Under the pieces are notes generated by a model. It worked only from the letters and a program-made list of their open reading frames with translations, ran no database searches and was not told where the DNA came from. Source: Candidatus Omnitrophota bacterium (GTDB lineage: Bacteria > Omnitrophota > Omnitrophia > Omnitrophales > Aquincolibacteriaceae). Taken from it: DNA of 64,000 nucleotides. Within the stretch, counting starts at the first letter, position 1. Each line of letters begins with the position of its first letter. Of this stretch, positions 61,401 through 64,000 are shown one piece after another. Location of the stretch: assembly GCA_903856085.1 (NCBI GenBank), contig CAIOAT010000024.1, positions 3,180 to 67,179 on the forward strand, given 5' to 3'. The position numbers and the translations under genes were made by a program.

Positions 61401-64000
61401 GCCTGTAGGGAGGGAATTTGTTCTCGGCAAGAAATTCGCGCATTCCGGAGTACTCTTTCTTAAGCGGGATCGCCAGATTCGTGACAAGGTATTTAAGATT
61501 GAATTTTCGAAACATCTTTTGGTTCCACAACATCTCACCCGCCAACGCCCCGGCATTTTCGGCATTCGCCACCACCTTTTGATGGGTCAACGGATCGACT
61601 AAATTCAGACTGTTGATATAGACCGCTAATTTCTCCCCATCCATAATCCCTGATTGAAGCAGCAGGCTCTGCCAAAGTCCCTGAAACTCATTACTGTTCT
61701 TCAGGTTCTCCATACCCCAAGTGTCAAGATTGCTGTAGAGGACAACCTTCATCGGCTGAAAGGACATGCGCGAATCCATTTTCCCGAGAATCATCGCATC
61801 CCGGTACTGAGAAGCCGTCAGATCGACATATCCATGCTCCTTGATAACTTGCGCCTGAACGGCCACAGCTTCCGGGGTTGGGCTGGGTCCCACGTCAGGA
61901 ACCACCCAATTATGAGCGCCCAGGGCCTGCTGAACTGAGTCTTTGGTATAGGAAGCCTTTGCCTGCATGAACTTATAAGGATCAAGAATAAAATCCATGA
62001 TGGCCCGAGTATTACTCACAGTCCCCTTAAAGATGATATCCGTCACATACTGATATTTTTTCAACGAATCCGGATCGCCCGACTTTTTCCACGGCTCGAT
62101 GGCCGCCAGCAATTCTTTGTTGCTCAAAATGGTCACGACTGACTCAATGCTTTCAAAATTCGTAAAAGAACGGAATTCATAAAAAGGATCTCTGTCAACG
62201 CTCACAAGGAGTTTTTCAAAATTCTCATTCCCTCTGAATAATTCCGCACTTTCGTTCAACTGAACGCGCCAGCCGGAATTGTATCGAGAAGCGATCCAAA
62301 CAAAACGCTGAAAGCCGTTTCTCCCGTGAATGACGGATTTATCGTTTCTCACCTGAGGCATCACGTTCTTAAAAAAATTCTCTTTCTGCTCTACAGACAG
62401 CCCCTTATTGTTATAAAGTTCGACAGCGGAATCCAATCCGATCAAGCTTTCATGCCGGGCATTGGGATTAACGTAAAAAAACATCGCGCGATACCCGAAG
62501 GTCTTTGCATATTGACGAACGGGCACCACCACATCGCTCCAGTTCCACAAACCGCCGTCCTGAAGCGACTGCACAAGACCGCTATAGAACGACTCTTCCT
62601 CCTCCGGTGTCATTTTCTGTTTCAGATCCTGCCCGGACAACTGTTCCCAGAGCGCAAAGATCTCGAGGGAATTCAAGTTCCGGCCGACTCGGGATCCCGT
62701 AACGACATGCGCAGGGTCCAGCTGATCAAGAACAGCAGCCATGGTCCGATAAGCCCTTTCGCCCGGCGTCTCATTCGTGGGAGCGTTCTCCTTCGTCTGA
62801 GCAATCGCCCTGGAAATAGCTTCCATCGTCATACGGGACAGGATCCCATCGGAGATCTTTCGAGCGACCGTTTTATCGAGAGCCAGTCCCTGGATCATAT
62901 CCGACTCGAGCGCACTTAAGCCCGAAAGCGCCTGAGCCGCGTCGGGGCCGAACCGGTCGGTGATTTTCTTGCGGACGCGTTCCAACGAAGCTTCGCGAGC
63001 TAATTTTTCGGCGCTGGGACTATAATTTTCAAGCGGCTCCAAACTGATTTCTGTCAGTGCCGCCCGGTAGGCGTTCATGAGGAGCCGGTCAAATTCAGCA
63101 CGAACTCCGGACGCTGCCGCCGGGCTTGCATGGTCCACGGCAAAATCAACCAGCGTTTCGATCTTGGAAAGACCAAAGTGCGATCCGGAATAATCCTTTT
63201 CATCAAGGATCCCGTTGACGGTGTCCGCCACCTGCGGGATCGCGGCAGAAAATATCCGGGCCACTTCCTGATTCCCGGGCTGGAGCCTTTCAAGCTCCTC
63301 ACGAACAACGCCCGCGGCAACCTTTAGGGAGCTCAGAGAATTGTCCAAGGTAGGCTGATCCGCAATACGGCGACAAAATAGCAAGGTGTTGTTCAGGCTC
63401 TCGCGGAGAGAAGAAACATACGCGTCCCACGCAAAGAACATCGCGTCTTCGCGCGTCATAAAACTATTTAAACGAAGTCTGATCTTCTCGACAGCCGCCG
63501 AGGCATTTGGGTAACTCGCCGTATCGAACTGGAGACGGATGAGGTGGCTGAGAGCCTTTGCGTAAACACTCTTTTTTTCCGTAGAACCGAGCTTGCTCTC
63601 CATCACATCCAGCAGGTCCCCGGCCGCCTGCACCAATTGAGCACGCAATTTCTCGTCCTTATCCCGGAGATCCTTATCTTCCAATCGCGATCTCTCGCTA
63701 ACCAACAGGATTGAAAAGACGTGATTCATCACCTCGGCGAGGATTTCCGGATTAGGCGACGGATCCTCTGCGATTACATGCAGGAGATCCTGCATTTTCT
63801 TTAAAACATTGGTCCTGATTGATCGAAATCCCCGCGCGGATGAATCGGTCCCCGTGCGTTCCTCATAAATAACGGTCCCTGCCATCTGCCGCCATAGAGG
63901 GGCCGCCAAGGTGTCACTGTAAAGCCGCCGTATCACAGCCTCAGGAGCATCAAGGTCGGACGCTCGTATCCCGTTTTTTGCGTCTTGCAGACGCCGTTTT
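43414..64000 (-). CDS. Giant multi-module protein (>6861 aa, 5' end beyond the window)
   Basis: Single open frame from 63999 to the stop at 43414. It stays open upstream of the track's GTG 63936 (KRRLQDAKNGIRASDLDAPEAV...). Recognisable segments: GNAT, FHA x2, kinase-like, HATPase x2, APH kinase, PRTase-like, Ham1, methyltransferase-like and HEAT. Confidence 0.95.
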   Translation of the reverse strand, partial: KRRLQDAKNGIRASDLDAPEAVIRRLYSDTLAAPLWRQMAGTVIYEERTGTDSSARGFRSIRTNVLKKMQDLLHVIAEDPSPNPEILAEVMNHVFSILLVSERSRLEDKDLRDKDEKLRAQLVQAAGDLLDVMESKLGSTEKKSVYAKALSHLIRLQFDTASYPNASAAVEKIRLRLNSFMTREDAMFFAWDAYVSSLRESLNNTLLFCRRIADQPTLDNSLSSLKVAAGVVREELERLQPGNQEVARIFSAAIPQVADTVNGILDEKDYSGSHFGLSKIETLVDFAVDHASPAAASGVRAEFDRLLMNAYRAALTEISLEPLENYSPSAEKLAREASLERVRKKITDRFGPDAAQALSGLSALESDMIQGLALDKTVARKISDGILSRMTMEAISRAIAQTKENAPTNETPGERAYRTMAAVLDQLDPAHVVTGSRVGRNLNSLEIFALWEQLSGQDLKQKMTPEEEESFYSGLVQSLQDGGLWNWSDVVVPVRQYAKTFGYRAMFFYVNPNARHESLIGLDSAVELYNNKGLSVEQKENFFKNVMPQVRNDKSVIHGRNGFQRFVWIASRYNSGWRVQLNESAELFRGNENFEKLLVSVDRDPFYEFRSFTNFESIESVVTILSNKELLAAIEPWKKSGDPDSLKKYQYVTDIIFKGTVSNTRAIMDFILDPYKFMQAKASYTKDSVQQALGAHNWVVPDVGPSPTPEAVAVQAQVIKEHGYVDLTASQYRDAMILGKMDSRMSFQPMKVVLYSNLDTWGMENLKNSNEFQGLWQSLLLQSGIMDGEKLAVYINSLNLVDPLTHQKVVANAENAGALAGEMLWNQKMFRKFNLKYLVTNLAIPLKKEYSGMREFLAENKFPPYRPVEIQFRDILVARYESIMARPESARGEEDNKFLLSMKKALDGKGLGDRFTAQIYPKSDYRSRTAGDETPSCMGFGDGKEGVYSHPATAIFALTVQVKDQLGNLYDKSIITSVLTLDRPLGEKYPKLDAAFQRQPDHFNLFEALKDSQFEAVGRTGVVMAADNIEADPNFIRKMNEGKDIGKGKTWNDFVTETYRQFFERYMAKFPTSKSYARDQKSQGLPLLPKLRIGVDNSDYRLAGNTVENETMSELKLSYTDKKSDEVTEIPLDVKMPLAPAPATGIYSLDNEDILDVSRLEGKVYGNLAPSLLQGLSGIQNSLARAALNEMAQGDRRKNLSRGYYRDGQLMGYVIAYVGYDPDTKRDIIYVMDLAVDPEQRKSGIGGKLLLQLMGEIRDKFPGLPVYGEMREGQDGSYAMIKENADRFGFKIPTDKKMNDNTGRHFMVLELKTAATRAEVRSEIRKPGLGESAELVAGQASLVNVQATHIKGETPKALPFRMKLAGVEAYVDVNRSPSGSLQVTVASNGKARTYSVPEGVETTIKIGRIHQAEVLLDTRISRDHMIVMVDKKGNIQLTSTGSYGTEFVEREVVAVAGSQSARQRTPPALQDLVIEVKMKTGVWRLRDPATGLVWYLKYVPADTNDELRAYKLADALGVNVPPWVEISSLQKDNVPGKFSQEWDEFLKGAGVNDPKTDKVRALLVRDAKTLTAAELPAETTGSGIENLMVFLALTKAHDFGIDHNMETPVIDGVKRYVLYDLASAGLNKVYGRLVSSSIIFDALTGPQGIDGEKISRVMERVNSLEPDLTGLDSESALRISIFFEEQKSQLKDILELSVRACRENWQDWVQGDFASLGSFNDEQGIRLLEGEKSGTKEARFLNVLELTPLQVQAYFLKRDIMVRARLNYDRRTVERALKTIQATGDVRKISAAGKIAGELLAKIDRQIAALQSMQFDDTDFARRSSAVLDALEASSPVIKAVQSKTPQSITLAPGASVEMNYSVPIQIKFGVDQALELRAYDPDIYRGNINLAVRLDPAISRARQYVKNPSDFYLLDPSIFERIAMSPYILDNRDADEVLDKIRGIARGESVSNPEGFGLKDGDPRKSIKITRIGASQFRVENLSSENANLIQEPVSGKKTEVLKGFYPEEFGTGVGWKFWWHSYENLQFYDKDPGNNWRIYLNVVPTHFDDAVRIVKETAVASSGVGINFKYLKQSIRDKTFSYDPDEISPIVINFLSEADARAFYDKMKAHALYPSLEGVGPTLFAERLGENKEDEVASIAFGLAEGRIEDAALKAIKGGLSDQFVSEFKGRKPVLIRRVIDRLVKLKERNEDDAGLTGNLDPMIEKLTALAATPKRTITSQGITGDVPTELPLRMQLAGQVYVDVTSTTDGVFVTARAVDGSWASEKPLSLKEAELVIGRSPKADLVVPAGEEFKSVSRTHMTMKMDKAGNILLNSVGSYGTVFVPVRSESRVNQSRLEARAVWASDDGVFQGLEPSFVNEIYNLWSALVKRETLEPHIKALNDYGAVALEILRTPDVPYGRQDRWKRSSEVVQNLMKRIGSDKLHPQAAPSLYNSMFFAVENVFQHGLPQSDSLGVAIFVKHGHEIIGITIDGGEGMNVQEALSGKVRGSNTVAGEGLDQFLHLAENYGTAAVFSRQTGASQQGGTYHWTLAISKTQPEKGVLTISRALAASATPNAARAETRADVQTEPVRVDIQRLQEIVAKNYGLKGDVTIQPTPRANVYTVQDATGRYVLKAPLYRNTEDLIQWEAGLLENLKSAGIPVSVIRPTLQNENFIMIDGKPFVLSDYIDGKEYDWGQVEGGDLELAAQLLAKIHMATRNLDLPGRSYQGHEWPPLIPVTDFEGSLKRLESMRQEIQQRGPPLTPTEKIFVENFDLIQQQVKEIRTHLTPRVLDQLPRTIVHGDFHQGNLRYGQNQINGVFDFEYAHPDARVADFASAILLRYQKDGTSIALDKVRQFFVAYQGATGEPITAKEMEILPDVFRLGYLQVILLLLTEKKRSSESTVPTMNEMLANLKILGSLDWKKLAQDVLKPREIVLQGRNGAKLTFEMQVEDNATTKRIDLFFKNPNEKEKPAFAASDMFLYAKEVDGVMAIYGTYINQDLELGLGGQGLLKQLVGIFVGKFKDVKYAFTTSNPALVDVLLRDFNFQASKEERPNGYWLNKEGLPREFYTTTQVLGSARQRGAVNVLEGFDPKYVPDIEAWAKELATDEKVLRKEWALRPVYLGVMLEREPGIRAEARAGGTPWDVEGDVLQALQDSLAGDSRAKDLLRGQGFSLGFEEVKRLLNQIGWLNDPAPFLYVAHADYKTYDQRTLIEFMIKELMDNIDHLKGAQAFDEEHLANLLVSLQEHQPLPPRAGEIQGILVGREVQIQGNKGVELFVYDNGPGMRNIPLMLEKGVSTSGKPGRGLGLYGVDNASGSENRGFLEISSPFERYLMLPGVPEPVSLSQNIKKGTLVHLARFQQPVNFKAMLSSIRSEVRGGIAGAQAEAPGIQQWLQRAFELVTFQTKKAAGPMNIRPAGVGVYDPQPLVDHLVDYYSRKETWTIGELGKMEFLPPKSLLPHDQDGRQYPLTRQEIAAVLQGVIGKLGLSEIQENFQEKTKDFLEGNGRLRLPYGLDSGEKWFLLYLPAIHKEIKSRFPDHQLMPVWRDGAILPVSQYTDKTAVAFWRGQLPITVERGPAEFEETHKVIYAESERILQEAYKKFKNIRDLQRRGNEIQKYFFSEFLKLQSDRDKGTAVAQFIEMIRKQAEGQLDVNKPILVFDNFGSGKTALAIGAALHASFPSTRVDVMLGLLIGQTGMPDVASEHNLPSGYGEDFIWPFILSDRTADGNVTFKKDDPTAIIFALGLFLSAYNYSTLTATQVGEIYKASQRGFGRQNEDKKHLSALLFEYIYPEIAISDSSIKRAEVRDAGSENLRLLNEMQQAMATGDFIEAKKLLDDLNGKRPSALSDLTVKSLSRFLEPFDREFNARSSFEKAFADARWEMQIRTAAEAEEALTQSAIESVGLMEGLYNGKMPDHNVIVDTLARVRAAENLLQRGNTSRGYAAHSILNFLSAITAPVVDFKLAREAENEFEAHGQNALDEARSQDVLNKMNRFTAMSKGQDPDFICDISLRLMESDALKPGADISIRGLLEKSVEETNRIEGRKTSRGELAFAMLKFAAMVAAGDRTNAPTAFESLRVLAEKFGEPAIDVIDAATEKHNSLMALPPRPELRGQMGRRGFLGIFLGAGAGLVAAPFQTAGQTIAATLVQTNAPGLQPLAPAKAQGLMFHISDGKAFKQGEGGFSFAEDEAGVISRGKFTVEPAQGNQCNIFMLPTTDNRLVAAHFRPYDDQGDRKTLGDLRSDVANFVTALKLQGVKPAGKAYLFRTGMPDESFAADLRELLNREFTDLKTKNYMDVSTSTFQRGFSIQGELKRNTQTGQNVWDMQVFDEYGDYYIDRIIADSKNGIKFFEPIQRVPIEQEIVGYAFGGLGIVASVALAYQVVKEKRKDPSQSWAKAAGSVVRMIRKEMGASPRSEIRGQDIFFNLGEPVDLVMGADGRGNYAFQWQGGRHFLMAEFADGKPSIATRSSWDVRWQNHPINNDKVTFGNTTYFATVDLANRVIKLSLSKPGIQGSAASETPRETLKRYLTSPAEDLSTFLNHKETVSFYFDALLGWMGGHLHQPGQESALKNILIRPDQRLEGTLFEAGVFNTEAFRTFVKDLTDGTAGDQTVGRAGSAAQQVIAAFENGMVASKLIKIPKGREFSYRAARFLSYLVIATFVSSLVVGILDVLWSRLASTFAGLAGVAGAIYFVVTRLINRSVTRVVNPYRDKWVKDTRFGVRNPWREAEFKFIALSEIPATVSRQELQWDEFKKTGYSYKLNEKKDGSDAPLEITGNVYDEKGKQLFSNMATYNFRLLVFPKEEGEDRSGVVVITYFFTHFPQGMSGMANYGFLAQRAFLREILKPYGSYDVVAFESEGGDVFSSLMGLSEYQPKMISLGRGRAPDERFEKLIAGVKFGKPRDFDIARRIAELGTAYGTIPNQPGVETNRAEVRKQVAASAEILQVLVATQNPRKVETWKKYFSSFPYIRVITPAEAGIDAKAPEEVSPSYEDTARRKAEFYRKQAAGKIAGPFYVMAEDSGVEVAALAGAPGIYTNRYAERDAAYRELYNRDPLAATAQKIKDELDKRHGVSRDIKTRGAMVILDPDGRANVLTGEGHYKVPSELAKVPAEESALHSILVQPDTKKNYPSMTPGEKAKYPTADVRLAAEAASFLSRQHFQNADLVTPYAKALQAMRVYFDENHVAVSAADAGRGGRGNVEGRVVMQDPDDPTPSPFIYLDFAGTPNLVFHLVPRLDVQVIELQRIENSGIDYEALEKTIGPKLKELAAANGMLLILASELAVGDLPLLGSLGRTDGAPYYHKAAPLADFGISLKLVDEMNGIYDIFVNGKYSGYTRIFVDPSGQWIMDRKSFTAEAAASNNLLDSLVNYLDGLNAKWSDKPYDGLTIQDDLGEGLDSLIDKDASEFGSRIRQSRDQRIETLRSQGHWYANYQKFFLVDAILDFVGYGIASEITRAEFASRVQTAANYFEALKRHPEVQKEFLDFLSHYTVQITDRNRNSPLFVAATNFLAGKWLNDTQVIEQMDLRNGNRVLNDHPWFGPEAHPESDALLNLPYQPRKKIKVLLIGAAEKPGRNSKAVLFRDMLRQALPSGTEIELVANDIQFQPVYFAYDGAKDQFQRKEMFQFDANGMWQDPETGVWYQRINIQDPKANITASPQVFDASHQYDVVINARLAVQYFRDPSALANILQNSQRLVRDQGMLLYDTHDADRADVYYRDDAGEVVYSGAVPFRDVDVVARDLKVFFSTLNAYSPVLERAYRFALRSIGQNGRRVLAKRILLNMAAEVIRDPYALAALALTGIDSENFPDDLFPGMILGRIREKSFMYQWDQFDPDSLIQTANSNDDAKRLFYTKAGVERIPFTETTRQPGFDTKATLYHGEELEATYGMLDGRPAIQIWNSKEGKGVLLVLPARSEVRSVESRAGAKKISKENPILEAATIVTRMSDLDHLVEGPLLEAAKFLFERNIRTFQSSANMDDVAWGRPAYLSGDYDTLSLENQQIVLANQWRIVTTETGHKSFVIEWPIKNKMTVADLQDLSLKTVSSLKRQPLLWGTMTLKEVEREAKELKEKKLINVARLRLQPMFYETEKYGALPPVIFDKKTQTFYASQELKDNADKFLATTGAQQIGKLPAQNSGMKSFEELRAEASWNVPDLRKWNILKGWGGQQYAAKVTAMTDEQFGKEWMKFFADPLAIVPLNNGERLLASKNGQEFLRGFTSFLAIPGNSSHYFSGAKELPVIKYGLALSIKKKQPGMAEQAAEKEYYERLGRYRVLLRETILRWDRLVSASALSPNRAESRIGLKLETPDDFEDLIALLGFVPDPWERIEMIRKYENSLKIGGGLASTYLHRVLKPRLSDGELSVRLEAIHVLSGFGRNGTEDILIEALQKVIARLSKDLKIEALLLSDHGVLSEADQDKLHIIKVQVERDQKELRALAEAAANVGVRFKTGEKSAGSKLKAFFEGLKSLEDVSKPSLAFQIISEYMAYVLPSIEQELAAGVTPRSGKSSRKDLTRKSGKAESVVSPAKPVTAQPKTPEIPEGKSKAGPKIRSEVRLANMPLMELPKIDAAAILVLMRDGANPDKVRARMMEGGLAGFEKEKSLYGQIADQFMASLLGLDVEALTGLTSSRPELRLRLAGFAGYGDPDILAGNIVAGVMLGSFVAVRGARVGGEDVGKIQRFTSAIIDRINEMPGSGVPMIVDNGPDSELVIKALRGKIKIPSLVVLYDEKHPVGRGWNEVADVVMKYRYSERKSADAIVAGVINASKDEALMAFLTTELGVKQNGILSILADFNSEDNPELKNLVCAAVVLINKIFASASPMDQGLMKVNPGMLITKLKEKGIDLLGLSSKNGVFVMNMEALALEFAAQQDIEKSA
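44143..60051 (-). repeat. Dispersed pentapeptide R-[SAP]-E-x-R at module junctions of the giant protein
   Basis: RAEVR/RSEIR 60051-60025, RSESR 57012-56998, RLEAR 56985-56971, RAETR 56316-56302, RAEAR 54645-54631, RSEVR 53925-53911, RAEVR 52635-52621, RPELR 51717-51703, RSEIR 50799-50785, RAEVR 49251-49237, RSEVR 46302-46288, RAESR 45159-45145, RSEVR 44394-44380, RPELR 44157-44143. Confidence 0.9.

Noticed and set aside
45595-63115. Partial motifs RAEFD, RAEFA, RAEAS and RLEDK-like strings in the giant protein
   Set aside because: They lack the terminal Arg and appear to lie within helical domains, so they were not counted.
63934-63936. GTG 63936 as the start of the giant ORF
   Set aside because: The frame is open to the window edge, so the true start is probably outside the window.

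Overview
Bacterial chromosomal window, mostly minus-strand genes. Gene content suggests Candidatus Omnitrophota or a related PVC-group lineage; this is inference from the giant ORF and the pilus locus. From left to right: the 5' end of a large secreted protein running off the left edge (missed by the ORF track) with a perfect sigma70 promoter; housekeeping genes (def, ACT protein, AsmA-like, cca, rmuC, RNase E/G); a type IV pilus/T2SS-like cluster (pilQPONM, two pilins, pilC, two pilB, stand-alone MshEN protein); a rimO-pgsA/pgpA-cinA-thpR-endoIII-like run; a 5'-truncated hybrid kinase with a response regulator; an MFS/spermidine-synthase-TPR fusion; tRNA-Arg(TCT); a 2320-aa membrane-embedded GH94 protein; and a Na+/H+ antiporter. 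The last 20.6 kb is one giant ORF of more than 6861 aa, open past the right edge. The main observation is that this ORF is a string of unrelated enzyme-like modules (GNAT, FHA/kinase, HATPase x2, APH kinase, PRTase-like, Tat-signal protein, Ham1, methyltransferase-like, HEAT). The modules are separated by a pentapeptide R-[SAP]-E-x-R (14 copies plus one RLEAR variant, at 13 sites) with freely varying synonymous codons. This pattern suggests a site-specifically processed polyprotein of effectors. No rRNA, CRISPR array or intact mobile element was seen.
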